64,000 nt of DNA from assembly GCF_009914755.1 (NCBI RefSeq), contig NC_060925.1. One strand, given 5' to 3'. The stretch is from the human T2T-CHM13v2.0 reference genome, Homo sapiens. The translations under genes and the position numbers were made by a program. The notes beneath the pieces were generated by a model that saw only the letters and a list, made by a program, of their open reading frames with translations, was not told the DNA's origin and did no database searches. Each line of letters starts with the position of its first letter. Position 1 is the stretch's first letter. Shown here piece after piece: positions 49,480-63,414 of the stretch.

Positions 49480-51810
49480 TTGATTTTGATTCCTGAGAAC
49501 TTGGAAGCCATTGGAAAAGAGTTTCCTCATTCTCCTAATATCTGATCTCCCAACCTACTACATTTCTATCCATATACCTTGCCTTCACTTTATTTAGGGT
49601 AATAAACAGTCTGTGCTCCTCCTGTCCTTTACTTTGGCACTGAGCCCCACTCTCTCTTGCCTACCCAAACACTTTGCTTTTGCAGTTGCCTACTTTCTCA
49701 TATGCATCATTAATTCTTCTTTGTCTACTGGATCATTCCCTTCAATATATATTCATGCTGAAATATCTATCTAACACTTACCTTCCCATCTCCACCCCAC
49801 CCTCAATCTCACATCTGCCTTTAGGTACCATCTGATTTATCTGTTCCCTTTTATAGCAAAATTCCTCAAAAGATATGCCTATACATTCTGTCTTTACTTC
49901 CTCATTCTTGTTTTCCTTTACTCAAGGTATTTTTCTTTCTAAAAAATGTATTAAAACTCTCACCAAGTAAAAAATATCCTTCATATTTCCAAATCCACAT
50001 ATCCATTTTTATTTTACATATTACTTGACATATCAGCAGCATTTGATGCAACTGGCTTCATCCTTCTTCAGAGACCTGGCACTCTCAAGTTTCTCCTCCA
50101 ACCTCAATGGCCACTTTTTTCTTAGCCTCCTCGTTCAGCTCCTAATGTTGCTATGCCCTATGATTCACTCCTTAGCTTCTTTTCTTTATTATACTCCCTC
50201 GGGTCATCTCATCTAGTTCTATATAACTTTTTAAATAAGTTGGCAACTCACAAGTTTATACCCCCAGTCACTGACTGTCCCCTAAACTTGAGATGTGTAT
50301 GTCTAAATGCCTATCCAGTATTTCTACTTGAGTCTTGTAGAGATCTTAAATCTATTATGTTCAAAACAGAAGTCTTGATTTTCAACTGCTTTACCCTAAA
50401 AATGTCGCACACCCGTTATCCTCATCAGTTATTCCTGTCTTCCTGATGGCTCAAGTCGTAAACCTGAAAATTAGTTGATTCTCCTTTTCTTACATCCAAT
50501 ATCTATTCCATCAACATGTTTTATTGATCCTACTTTCAAAATATCCCTAAAATTAGTCAGTTTTCCCTACTTCACTCTGTTTCCTTCTCTAGTAGTTTAT
50601 TTTTATCACCACAGAAACATGCTGGAGTATCTTCCATCTTAAAACCCTTCCCTCGAACCATTATTCCACCCTCCCCCAACATTTCTCCTAACATCTTACT
50701 AGCCTAATTAACTGCTTCATTTCACAGGAGTCTTGGAGAAGTTTTCTCTGCTTTCTCTCTTAAAATGTTTACCACCCACTTTCTTTTTAACCTGCTTCTC
50801 TCAATTTTCTATCACCAAACTCTACTGAAACTGCTTTGTGTCAAATCATCTGTGATCTCCAAGTTGTTGAATACAGTGTCATTTCTCCATCATTACCTCA
50901 TCATCATCATCTTACTTAATCTCTTGGTATGTGAAATAGAATTAACCATTCCTTTCTTAATGGAGTCTTTTTTTCTTGGATCTCATGACACCATATTCTT
51001 CTGATATTCCTCTTACCCATTGAATGCTGTTGTCTCTCAGTATTCTTTACTAACCTCTCTTCTACTCAATCTCAAAAGGTTGGAAATATCTGTGGCTGTG
51101 TCTTAGACCTTCTTTTTAAAAAAAATCTACACTCCTTTCTGAGGCAATGTCATTGGATCCCATCACTTCAGATACCATCTATCTGATGACTTCAAAATTG
51201 ATACCTCTAGGCATAACCTTTTCTCAGAGCTTACATTCATTCATTCATTCCTTCATTTATTTAACAAGTATTGAACAGCTACTAAAGGGTTAGGCACTGT
51301 TTCATGCTTTGGAGATATAGTAGTGAACAAGATAGATGAGGTGCCTGCCTACTTTTGTGAAGACAATAAACAAACAATAAATTAATTCAACAATTAGATA
51401 TTGATAAGTGATATGTACATAACTAAAATAAGAGTGCTATTATACAGAATATTTGGGGGTACTTTAAGGAAAGGAGGTTTTGTGGTAGAGGGGACATTTG
51501 AACTTAAAATGGAAAAATAAGAAGGAAGTAGCCTTGTTAATTAGAGAATTTTAGCACAAGGAACAGTGCAAAGATTCCAAGATGAAAATCAGCTTGTCAT
51601 GTTAGAGATATAGAAAAAGACCAACTCAGTTAGAAAATTGTGGACAAAGCAGGAGTAATACAACATAAAGTCAGAGATACAGACGGGTCAGATAATGATC
51701 TTCTAAATAAGGTGACATTTGTGCATTTTATTTTAGGTGTGATGAGACTAGATGATATTTTTTGGTAAGAGAGTGATCTAATATGGTTTGATTTTTAAAG
51801 ATTGCTTTGT
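49480..51810. mobile_element. Cluster of degenerate L2 fragments in FLG intron 1
   Basis: L2-type motifs (ATGTTCAAAACAGAAGTCTTGATT, TTCATTCATTCATT...TAGGCACTG...GGAGATATAGTAGTGAACAAGA); boundaries approximate. Confidence 0.6.
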
Positions 51811-51855
51811 GCAATTGTTTATTAGTTTCAGACTAACTCTGAATACAACTAGAAA

Positions 51856-51856
<1 letters not shown>

Positions 51857-51891
<35 letters not shown>
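51857..51891. repeat. (TG)n microsatellite
   Basis: About 17 perfect TG units. Confidence 0.97.
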
Positions 51892-51894
<3 letters not shown>

Positions 51895-51949
51895 AAGGTA
51901 TCACAGAGCTATCAAGATTGTGACAATTTATTGGGGCTTACATTCAGAT

Positions 51950-54900
51950 TTAGAGGGAAATATAGTATTTGGGGAATTAAAAGACAAAATTTTCTAAAAC
52001 TGATGAAAGATATCAAGGTACAGGTTCAAAACGATATTATAAACTCCAAGCAGGAGATATAAAAGAAAACCAAAGCAAGACATATAATAATAAAACTGCT
52101 GAACATTTGAGGCAATGAGGAAATCCTAAGAGCAGACAGAGAAACACTTGTATTACCTTCAAAGGAGCGACAATAAGATTGATACTTGTCTTTTCAAAAG
52201 AAACAATGGAAGCTAAAAGACGATGAAATGTTATATTCATCTTTCTGAAGCAAAATAAGTTATATGTTAACAGTGAAAATATCCACCAAAAAGAAAACAT
52301 GTAAAGATATTTTCAAGCAAAGAAAAACAGAGCTAATCACCAGAGACCTACTGTAAAGGAAATATTAAAGGATAATTCTAGTTGGAAGCACAGAGGAGCA
52401 AGAAAGAATAAGAACAATGGAAAGAGCATATGTGTGGAAAAATATAGCTAGATATTGATTGCATAAAATAATAATAGTAATCTTTCAGGATTTAAGATAA
52501 ATAGAATTAAAATACATAACAATCCCAGATAAGGCAGTGAGAAAATGGAGTTAAGTATTGTAGGATACTTGTATTATTTGGGTAGGGGTTAAAGTATTTT
52601 TTTCTTAATAATATACCCTAACAAATCAAGGATGCATGCTATAATTTTTAGGGCAAGGATGCAGATAATAATAAAAGAGTGTATAATTAATAAGCTTTTG
52701 TATAAAGATAATTAACTGGTAAATATTAACTTAATCCAAAAAAGTCAAGAATAGAAAAAGAAATACAGAACAGGTGAGATAGTAGAAACCAAGTAGTAAT
52801 ATTGTAGAGATGTAAACCAAATAGTTCCATAATAACTCTGAATATAAATAGAGTAAATATGCTAATTAAGGGACAAGGCTGTCAGACTGGATTAAAAAAA
52901 ACCAACTGTATTCTGCTTATAAGAGACACACATAAAATGTGATTAAAATGATTGTAAATGAAAGGGTGGAAGAAAGAGATACCATTCAAACACTAAAAGA
53001 AAGCTGTTATTATTATATTCATATCTGTCAAGCAGACTTTAAGGCAAAAAATATTGCTAGAAGGAAATTTTATAATAATAAAAGATCAATTCTCCAGGAA
53101 GCCTCAAAATACATAAATAAAAATCGACAGAAGTATAAGGAGGACCAGGCAATCTACAATCATAGTGGGGTATTTAAATACACTTCTCTCAGCAACTGAT
53201 AGAAGAAGTAAAAAATATGTAAGAATGTAGAATATTTCTACAAAATTATTAATAAAACATCAACATACATTGAACACTACACCTAACAACTGCAGAATAT
53301 CCATTCTTTTGAAATTGACCATATACTGGGCCATAAAGCAAGTTTCAATAAATTTTAAAGGGTTGAAATCATAGAGTTTGTTCTCTAACACAGTGGAATG
53401 AAGCAAGCATTAAATAATAGGAAGATAACTAGAAAAATCTTTAAGTGTTTGAAAATTAATGACTTCTAAATAATCAATGGGTCATTGAATAAATTACAAT
53501 GCAAAATTAGAAAATATTTTGAACTAAATGAAAATGAGAAAAATATGAAATAGCATAACTTGTGGAATACATTAATTCCATGCCTAATAGATATTTATAG
53601 CCTATATATATATACACACACACATATATACATATATACACTCACATATATATGTATATAAACACATACATATATATATGAATGATATCTCTTTTTCCCA
53701 TCCTTTCATTTTCAATCACTGTTATCATTTTTTATGTGTGAATCTTATAAGCAGCATACAGTTGTGTGTGTATATATATGTATATGAAAGACTGAAAAAT
53801 TAATTACCTAAGCATATATTTCAAGAAGTTTTAAAAAGAACAAATTAAGCCCTAAGAAAGTATAATGAAGGAAATAATAAAGATAACTAAAATTAATAAA
53901 AGAGAAAGAAAATTTAGAGAACCAACAGTGCCAAGATTCAGCCTTTGAAAAATCTAATAAAACTGATAACCCCTGCAAGATTAATCAAGGAAAGAAGAGT
54001 AAGTACCAATATCAGGAAAGTAAAAGGGGACATTGCTATCGAGGTTTTAGACATTAGAAAGATGACAAGAGCATATTATAAAAAACATTATACCAGCTAA
54101 TTTGAAAATTTAGATGACATAGAAGAAATGTCTAGAAAAACACTTGTTACCAAAACTGAACCAACAATAAATAGAAAACCTAAATAGTACTATGTTTATT
54201 AAAGAAATTGAATCTTAAATGCATTCATTTCCAGTGGGGGAGAAACTGCAGGTCAGATGGCTTTACTGAATTCTATTCAAAGTGAAAGAAAGAAATAACT
54301 ATAACATCACATAGATTATTTCAGAGAAATGAAAAACAGGAAACACCCATTTTATTAATCCAAACTGGCCTCAGTACCATAACCTGACAACGATATAAGA
54401 ATCAAAATTTTCAGGACAATTCCTTTCATATAGATGCAAAACTCTGAAAGAATATAATAGCAGACTGAATTCAGTAGTATATAAAAAGAATATATGTTAT
54501 TCCTAACTACATTTTATTCCAAAATTCATTTTTGGATTAACATTTGAAAACCAACCAATTAAGTACTGAAATAGAATAATGGGGAAAATTATATGAACCT
54601 CTCAATAGATGAAAAATTGATAAAATCCAATATTAATTCTGATTAATAAATAAAAGATTATGTCTTTGAAAAATGTCATAGCAAAAATTATATTTAATGG
54701 TGAAATGAAAGCTTTCATCTCCAAGTTTGGGAATGAAACTAGTATGCCTGCATCATCCTATTGATATATACTATGTATAGTATCATCCTATTTAACATTG
54801 TACTAAAAGTCCTAGCTAGAGCAATACGTTAGGAAAAGGAATTAAAAGCAGAGTAATTGGAAAAGAAGTAATAAAACTGTTATTACTCACAGAATGATAT

Positions 54901-56470
54901 AACTTTTGTATGTGGAAAATCCAAAAGAATGTATAGCTAAACTATTAGAATAAATAAACTAAACATGCTTCTGGTTATAAGTATACAAAAATCAATTGTA
55001 TTTCTATATAACAGCAATAAACACTTAGAAAATGAAATAAGAAAAGATGCTATTTACAAAAGCATAAAAAAATCAGAAAAATTTTAGGAATAAATCTAAT
55101 TAAAGATATGAAATGGCTGTACTCAGAATATTATAAAAGTTGAGATTATAAGTGCTGAGAAAATGAAATAGGAAAGGAGGCTATTCATAAAAGCATAAAA
55201 AAAGAGGAAATTTTTAGGAATAAATCTAAGAAAACATGAAAGAGCTATACTCAGAAAATTATAAATATTGAGATAAAGATTTAAATAAATGGACAATATA
55301 TAGCTTGTTTATGAACTGAAAGTCTAAATAGCATTAAGATATCAAATCTCCTTAAATTCATTTATAGATGCAATGAAATCCCATTCTGAATATCTGAAGT
55401 TTTTTTAAAAAATAAAGATTAATAAGGTGATTTCTAAAATTTATATGAAAATGTAGAGGGCTAAGATTAGGTAAGACCATCTTTAAGAAGACTAAGTTGG
55501 AAGACATACCAGATAGCAAGGTGTGTTATAAAGGAAGAAAATATGGCATGATGCAAGGCTAAACAAATGGAATGATAAAAGATAATAGTATAAAGTCAGT
55601 CTTATATCACTCTGGACATTTGGTTAATGGCAAAGATGGTAGTGTAGGTCAGTAGAGAAAGAATAGTCTTGAATAAATGGTGCTGGGTTAATTGAATTTT
55701 CAAATGGAAAAAAAATAGTTTCCAGGTTGATTTTACATGTAAGAGATAAACGAAGATAACATTGGAGAATATCTTCAGGACCTCGGGGTGGGGAAATACT
55801 TAAATAAAATTCAAAAAGTACTAATTAATAAGAAAAAGACTGATAAATTGTACTGCATTAAAAGTAGGAATGTTTATTCTTTTAAAGATAGCATTAGAAG
55901 AGAGATGTACAAGCCACACAGTGGGAGGATATACAAAACACATTTAACCAATAAAGGAATCTGTCCTGAATATAAAAATAGCTTCTATAAATCAATAAAA
56001 AATACAGTTAACTCAATGGAAAAATGAATACCTTAGGAACGTTACAGAAAAGGATATCCAAATGGCCAATAAACATATCAAAACTTCTCAACCTTGTTAT
56101 GCACTAGGGAAATGCAAATTGAAATAACGTGTGAGACCTCAATACACCCACCAAAGTGACTAAAAAGATAAGAAAGAAAAAAATCCTTGACAATACCAAA
56201 TATTGGTGAGAATGTGGAGAATTGAGATTTTTTTTTTTTTTATGTACTGCTGGAGGCACATAAAGTGACAGAAGCACTTTGGAAAATTGTTTGACAGTAT
56301 CTAAGTCCTAGCGATTTACTCTTAGGAATATTCCCAACTGAAATATGTACATATGTGTAACCAAAAGTAGTACACAAAAAAGTGCATAGCCCTATTATTT
56401 ATAATACCCCCCAAAATGGAAGAGACCCAAGTATCTACCCATAGACAAATGGATGAATAAATTGTTATAT
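51950..56470 (+). mobile_element. Ancient L1ME/L1M-type element in intron 1, antisense to FLG
   Basis: A-rich, degenerate ORF1/ORF2 motifs in L1 order (GACCATATACTGGGCCATAAAGCAAG, AATAAATGGTGCTGGG, GGATATCCAAATGGCCAATAAACATAT, GGGAAATGCAAATT). Confidence 0.75.
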
Positions 56471-57129
56471 TTTCAGATAACATAATAGTCAGTGTTGGGA
56501 GATGAAGGTAGACTGGACTAGGATGATAATGGCAGAGAGGGGGATAAATGGATAGATTTGGCAGGTTTGTAGGCAGAGTTGACTGGACGTGGTGATGAAT
56601 CAGTGTGATGAGAAAACAGGAATCATGGATAACTTCTAGATTTTGGTATGAGCAAACAGTTATTTCTCGTTATTTCTATTATTTCCATCATCTTTCACAT
56701 AAAAGAATGCAGTCTCTCCCTGCTCCTGCTCTTGCCTTCCTATATTCCTGTTTTCCACGTAGCAGCCCAGAGTGGTCTTTTAAAAACATAGATTATCTTA
56801 CTCCTCCTGCTTAATACCCCTTTAAGTACATGCTAAAATCTAACATGTACTGTTTTAATTCTACTGTGCCCCTCTTTACATGAGCTACGCTGTCTAGCTC
56901 TCTGACATCACCATATACCACTGGTCCTCTTTTTAACTATGTATGCTCTAAGGCACACTAGCTTCTTTTTGCTCTTTGGGACAAGTTTACTCTTGCTTAG
57001 AATCTTGCCCTTTGCCTTGGCTAGTTTCTTTTGTGTTTAAGATCTCAACTCAAAGATAATTCCCTAGAGAGGTCTTCCCCTGGCCATCTAATTTAAAGCA
57101 CTTTCCTCCTCCCTCCCATCACTTTACTA

Positions 57130-57320
57130 CAAGCTTGTCCAATCTGTGGCCCAGGACAGCTTTGAATGTGGCCCAACACAAATTTGTAAACTTTCTTAAA
57201 ACATTACGAGTTTTTTTTTAAGCTTATCAGCTATTATTAGTGTCAGTGTGTTTTATGTGTGGCCCAAGACAATTCTTTTTCCATTATGACCCAGGGAAGC
57301 CAAAAGACGGGACACCCCTG
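57130..57320 (-). mobile_element. MER30-type hAT-Charlie MITE
   Basis: Minus-strand start CAGGGGTGTCC...TTTTGGCTTCCCTGGG; 8-bp TSD ctttacta (57122-57129) / ctctacta (57321-57328). Confidence 0.88.
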
Positions 57321-57738
57321 CTCTACTACATCACTCTTTTATTTTCTTCATTGTTCTTATCACTATTTAAAATTATCTTATTTGTTTATTGTTGTTTACT
57401 AAATGTTTCCCCCTATTAAAGGTAAGCTGCTAGGAGTTTATATAGTTCACTGCTGCATAGATAGAGCCAAGACCAAGTAGAAGGTAGTTAATACATATTT
57501 GTTAAGTAAATGAATAAATGGACAATCTAACAATACAGAGTATTGAGTAGCTCCATGGAAAGCAAATTTATGCCCTCATTTTCCTTCTATATAGAAATAA
57601 ACCTTTTAGTGACAGTGCCACTAAAAAGAAAGAGAAAAACCCTAAACTTCCAGAACCTTTTGCCTTACAGTACACATACATTCAGATTTCCACCTTGGTT
57701 AATAGTAAGTAGACAAAATTAAATGTATTCCTTCTTAC

Positions 57739-57789
57739 CTTGTTCACCAAAAGAGCAAATAGAATGTAGCCTGAAGGAGCCTGCTGGGT
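57739..57789 (-). other. FLG: FLG exon 1 (non-coding); 5' end approximate
   Basis: ...CTTTTGGTGAACAAG|GTAAG donor with GT at 57738-57737; gives a 9713-bp intron 1 (48026-57738); TATA box just upstream. Confidence 0.9.
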
Positions 57790-57812
57790 ACTGAAGGCTG
57801 AGATAATGGCCC

Positions 57813-57819
57813 TTTTATA
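57813..57819 (-). promoter_or_regulatory. FLG TATA box (TATAAAA)
   Basis: Plus strand ttttata = minus strand TATAAAA, 74 nt upstream of the 3' end of exon 1. Confidence 0.9.
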
Positions 57820-57861
57820 GCAGGCCCCATGCAGGGAGGAGCCACCCTCTGTGGGATGGTC

Positions 57862-57868
57862 TGATTCA
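57862..57868 (-). promoter_or_regulatory. Proximal AP-1-like site (TGAATCA)
   Basis: About 75 nt upstream of the inferred TSS; a proximal AP-1 element is known to drive the profilaggrin promoter. Confidence 0.75.
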
Positions 57869-59148
57869 TTCCTAACCAAACCTAGATCCACCCATATCTC
57901 CACCTCTATTTCTCCAGCAACCTGTGTTTACTTCCCAGCTTCCTCACGTACTCATCTGTACTTGTTTCAGCAAGTTCCAAATTTGGGTTTACATATTGGA
58001 AATTTTATGGAAGGGTCCCTTTGGCTAATACAGGTTGTTTGTGTGCAGGGCCCATACCTACTTTTCTGTAACCCCACTTTGGCTTGACAGGTGCTTGGTA
58101 AATATCTATTGATAAATACACTTCCTGATCCTTGTCTCTAGAAGAGTAGGACATATTAATACGTTTATAAGAACTTGAAATTCAATTTATGATAGGAAAA
58201 CATCACAAGCATCTACATATATGTTCTTTTTTAATCTATGTATTCCATCTTTGGGTACTGAAGAACTTGCCATGAGATGAATGCCGTCTTCTAGAAATTA
58301 TGGTCAGTAGAGGATAGGCAAATTTAATTTTAATTTTTCAAAGCAGAGCAAGAATGTGAACAATTGAACTAGAAGTGGTGATCACTAGGAGCATGAGTTT
58401 AATTAGGCAAGACTCATTAGTGTAATTTTACTTTGTTTTCAAGGTTATTACATCGTGGCATCAGAGACATGTTCCACATACTCTTCCTTCTTAAACCATG
58501 AATTTTCTTTTATTGCCATAAATATACAGGGGACTCCTATCCCTGGTCTGTCTTATGATATACACACTGTTATGTTGAGCAGATTGCATCTCCATATGGA
58601 TGTCCCATGGTTATCTCAATCCATAGTGTTGAAAACTGAACTTACATTGTGCCTCCTACCAAAATGTACTATCCTCCAGAAGCCCATATATTGGTAATGA
58701 TGCCCCCACACACTGGGTGTCTCAAGCTAGACAAAGTCATTTTCATTTCTCCTTTTCCTTAACCCCTCATGCTCATGTCACATCGTATCAATTATACTCA
58801 GGCTTAGATTTTGTTATGTAGGCCTATTCTCTACCTCCAGTGCTATAATTTTAGTTCTGGACCTGACCATCTTTCAATTGGGTATTGGTAAAGAAAAAAA
58901 AGTGTCGTAACTAGCCTCTCTCTCTACTATTAAGCTGGCTTACCATCTTATGTCATTCGCTGTGCTGGTTTCTTCTTGCCTGCAGAATTTCAGACTTTTT
59001 TACCTGACGTACAAGCCCCTTTACAATAGGCATGAATCTGTATCTTTTCAATTGTCCCTCTTATTACCTGTATCTCATGGAAAAGTCACTCTAGAATGAG
59101 CAATATTTCTTGGACGAGCCCATATTGGTCCACTACTGTTCAAAATCT

Positions 59149-59155
59149 TTGCGTG
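59149..59155 (+). promoter_or_regulatory. Xenobiotic response element core (TTGCGTG, AHR/ARNT)
   Basis: Matches TNGCGTG, ~1.4 kb upstream of exon 1; FLG is an established AHR-responsive gene. Confidence 0.6.
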
Positions 59156-59724
59156 CTATCCTCCACTACCTTGACTTGAGAGACCCTCATCCTTAACTTC
59201 TCTTTATCTTTTAAGATTCTTCAAAATTACCACCTCCTGCATAAAGCCTTACCTGACATCTCCAGATTTATCAGTGTTCCCTCACATACTCTGTATTTAC
59301 CTCTCAATAGCACTGGTGATATTTTATATTAATTACTTATTTATATGTGTGCCCCCTGCCCCCTGGTGCCTTGAATCCTGTGTTTCTTCTCACCCTAGCA
59401 TTGACTGGGTCTGAGTCATCCTTTGTGTCCTTGGGCCCTACAGCAATGCCTGGGACATGATCAAATAAGGGATGCAAGGGTGTGCCAATCTTGTTCAGAG
59501 TCAAAGAGATAAAAATATGCCCGAGTTTTTAAAACTGTGTTTAATGTCCTCGTTCTTAACCTTATTAGACCATTGATTCTTTCTTTTGTGGAGTATTGGT
59601 TAACATCTGTAGAACACAGATATTCATTTTCTCCTTTTTTCTTCTTGGGTCTAATTTTTTTATGCCAGTAGTTATTGCATTTTTGTCTCTACCATGATGT
59701 AATAATGATAGTAATCTATATTGT

Positions 59725-59930
59725 ATACCCATTATGTGCTAGGAATGTGCTAAGATTTTGCGTGTATTAATTTTAATCATCAGGACAACCCTTTGAGGTC
59801 ATTATTATTCCTCTATTTTAGAGATGAGGGAACTGATACTGATAAGGCACCCAAGGTCACCAAGCAAGTAAGTTACAGAACTAGGATTTAATCTGAGGTT
59901 ATTCAGACTCCAACTCCCACATTATTTCCA
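59725..59930. mobile_element. MIR
   Basis: Core ATTTTAGAGATGAGGGAACTGA...CCCAAGGTCAC...AGAACTAGGATTTAA. Confidence 0.75.
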
Positions 59931-60199
59931 CCATGGCATATTGTTCTGGGTGTGAACTTTTATCCTTTTTTTGTTAACCTTATTTATATTTTTAATGTTT
60001 TAAACAGTGATTTCTCTCAAAGTACCTATGTCTGGGTGAACTTAACTGTGGAAATCATTGCAGGATCAGCAGAAAGACTAGACCATGGACTATGAGTGAG
60101 TGAAGAAGGTAGCATTGAGAGAGTGTCAAGAATGAGGCAATCTTGGATATGACCTTCTTTGGGGCCAAAAGACCCCAAATCTTGCAGAATTATGTCAAT

Positions 60200-60960
60200 A
60201 TGGAGGGTATTGTTTAGTGGTCTGCTCTAGGACTTTTTTCCTGACCATGTTGTGCTCATTGTATTTTATCAATAACTTAGGTGAAAATTTGGATAGATGG
60301 CAAATATTTTTAGGATAGACTGAGGATTCAAGAAGATTTTATCATGTTGCACCAATGGCTCAAATCTGATAAATGAATATTATTGAAAAAGTAAAATTCT
60401 GACTCCAGTTCCAAATTACACTTTACAAGGATAGGGTAGAAGACATGAGTAAAAAAAGCAATATTGTGGCAGTGGCAGAGTGATGCCATAGCCAAAAAGA
60501 TAATGTGATATTAGGCTGCATTAAAATAAACACATTAGCTGGAACAAAATAGGTGGTGAGGTACTTGGCTCAGCATTTATCAAACTATTTCTGTAGCTCT
60601 TTGTTCAGTTCTGATGACCATTTTTCAGTAAGGATATGGACAAATTGGTATGTGTTCTGAGTAAAGTAGATAGAATGATTGTCTAGATGAGTGGCAAACA
60701 GAACTCAGTGGGATGGATGGATGGATGGATGGATGGATAGATGGATGGGAGATGCAATATCTGTCTTTGGCTATATGAGTGGCTGTTATATAGAAGAGGG
60801 ATTATACTTGGACTATATAATCTCAAGGCAGGTAGAACTCAGATAAATATGTAGAAACTATAAGAAACCATGTTTTGGCTTTATGTAAGTGACGACTTTT
60901 TAATAGAATTGTCCAAACATGCAAATAATTATTTTTGGAGATAGTGAGTTCCCTATTATT
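60200..60960 (+). mobile_element. L3/CR1 remnant
   Basis: AAAAAGATAATGTGATATTAGGCTGCATTAA and TGTTCAGTTCTG...AAGGATATGGACAAATTGG motifs. Confidence 0.6.
60711..60748. repeat. (GGAT)n tetranucleotide repeat
   Basis: Read directly from the sequence. Confidence 0.95.
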
Positions 60961-62157
60961 GCCTAGAGAATTTTGAACTGGATGGAATCTTGGCATCAAC
61001 TAGTTTAATCTGCTCACATTGTAGCTGAAGACTAGAAGGACCAATGTGGTATGGCTAGTAAATTAAAAAGTCAAGGCCCAGGCCTCCAACTCAGGGCTTT
61101 TCACTCCAAATCCTCTTTATGTTGCATCAGGTTGCATCAATTACAGGGAGATGAACATGAGACAGGGATAATTAGGATGGGAGTTAGGTAGAGGAACATT
61201 GGGTAGATGTCTGATAGATGCCCTTTTCAACCTGACAGCTACTATTCTATGATTGAAGTACATTTCTTTGCTTGACTCAGCTCAGCTCAGTTCAGATAGT
61301 TATTTGATCTGTGCAGTTTAATAACTGCAGGGGTAACATTATACTGCAAACAGGAGGATAGTTCTTGGGTTTTCATGCCCCACTTCCTGCCAGTCTGGCT
61401 GATCCCACTTGCATGCTAGCTTTTTACCCTCAGAATCTCAGGAATTTTTCCCCCTAAGTCTAAGGAATTTTTCCCCCTATTCAAATTCTTTGCTGTTGAA
61501 TAGTGAACTCTGAGATGTGGCATGTCTTCTTATCTCCAGAGAGATCTTATTCTCCATATCATTGTTGCCACATAATGAAATGCTTTCAGTGGTGTTTTAG
61601 GTGTCTGTGGTCACATATTGCGGCTGCCAGCATTTGCTAAGGAGTGAAGGGAACTCCCCCAAGGCAGGAGTTATTGACAAATAATAAATTACAGGATTTC
61701 AATTATAATCATTCAATTGCTTGTCCCTCCCTTTTCCTACCCAGTAGGCTGGAAAGGCATTGTGTTGCCATCTGGCCTCTGGGCTGCTGATGTGGGTCAG
61801 GTTGTCACAATTCAAGGATCAGCCCTTTGAGATGTGTGACTGAGGCTGTAGGAGTGAAGGGGAGTTGGAATTTGTGGTTAAATGATTTCCTACAGGAGCT
61901 GTAGTCATCTTTTGGGAGGTGCTGTTTGGGGTTAGAATTTTTCCAGGTTGAATATTCTCTTGAATTCCATGGCATAGTTGAAGCTGATATTCCTGCTTAG
62001 TTAGCCATAGAGTGGTGGAGCAGTATCTGGCTAAAACACTTCCACTTGCAGCTTATATTTGCCAGGACAATGGTGATGGAAAGGAATCTTGATCCCAAGC
62101 AAACAAAATGTTCGAATTACCATTGATGCCCTCAGATGCTGCTTTCTTTATAGCCAG

Positions 62158-62189
<32 letters not shown>

Positions 62190-62228
62190 CCTCTCTCTCT
62201 CTCTGTGTGTGTTGTGTGTGTGTGTGTG
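62158..62228. repeat. Compound (CT)n(GT)n microsatellite
   Basis: Read directly; further (GT)n at ~62497-62518 and (AC)n at ~62579-62594. Confidence 0.95.
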
Positions 62229-63284
62229 ATAGAGACAGAATGAGAGACAGACAGAAAGACAAAGAGAAGGAGGTAAAGGATGTAGAAGGAATGAGTGTGA
62301 GTGATAATAAGGCTTTTCCAGATAAAAGCAGGCCATTTTATGGCAATATGGATTGTCTTTCAGTTTTTCCATATGCCCAACATTTTCATTCTCGGGTACT
62401 CATTAACAGTTTCTTTGAGGTTTGGAGAAGAGGAAATCAAGATGGCTGACAAGGTTGGAAATTGAGAATAGAATTGAACGAAGCCCGTGGCAGAGGTGTG
62501 TGTGTGTGTGTGTGTGTGGTGGGGGTACATGTGACACACATGTTATTCCAGCTACTACAGATGCAGAAGTCACTGGGGACACACACACACACACAGGCAC
62601 TCAGAATGTATGTGAGAGAGATAGACAGATATAGAGAAAACAATGATCAAATATGAGCTTTTTGTATAGTGAAGAAATATTCTCCAGGAAGTGCTTATAT
62701 CAATAAAGCTAATTTTCCCAAACTTATGGTACTTTATTAAACCTCTCAAGTACAACTACAGAGATGGCCAGAGGCATTCTAAGATGTGAAGGGAGGGGGC
62801 ATTTATGTAGTAACTGTGTTATATGAAAGTTTTCTCTAACAATTAAGGACAAAAGTAATAACAGAAAAAATAACAGATAAAACAACTGATCATCCCATGT
62901 AGTTAAGGGAGAAAGCCTTCATGACTTGACTCTTAAATGTTTATAAACAGAGAGACTGTGAGATCTTTAGGGTGGCTGTTTCAGCAATGACTAGTATCAG
63001 CAGTAAAGGATGGACCATTCACCATTTCATGTTCCATAGAAACGAACAGTGAGGACTGGTGACAGAGTGATGCAGCATCATGAAACTGGAAAAAAAAAAA
63101 TCCAGGAGCAAGCCAGAACAGAGACATGATAGCTATTCATGATCAAGGGCATCACCAATATTTTCTGTTCAGACATGGTAACATAGGCTAATAATTACAG
63201 GAGAATGTAGATCAGGAGGGACTGGAACTTGAAATAAGCTTCTACTCTCCTTTCTCACCTGTTTCCTTTGTATATAGGGAGATT

Positions 63285-63331
63285 ATAGATAGATAGAATA
63301 GACAGACAGACAGACAGGTAGACAGATAGAT
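63285..63331. repeat. (GATA/GACA)n repeat
   Basis: Read directly from the sequence. Confidence 0.85.
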
Positions 63332-63414
63332 AAACAAGAATATATTCCAGAGGGAAAATTTCTGCAGGTAACTGAGGGAAATTCAGACTAAGAGATAGGT
63401 CACAGTATTTAGGG

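Larger units (their letters stand above)
33743..57789 (-). other. FLG: Profilaggrin gene span (3 exons); both ends approximate
   Basis: S100 fused-type N-terminus [46 protein letters not shown], His/Ser/Gly/Arg-rich 324/325-aa repeats with FLYQVST linkers, C-terminus ...[14 protein letters not shown] splice sites found for both introns. TSS inferred ~25-30 nt downstream of the TATA box; 3' end inferred from AATAAA. Confidence 0.99.

Noticed and set aside
62053-62755. Short ORFs rich in HT/CV/ER dipeptides, and a possible (GT)n/(AC)n hairpin
   Set aside because: Translations of microsatellites; a ~16-bp dinucleotide complementarity is expected by chance in such a cluster.
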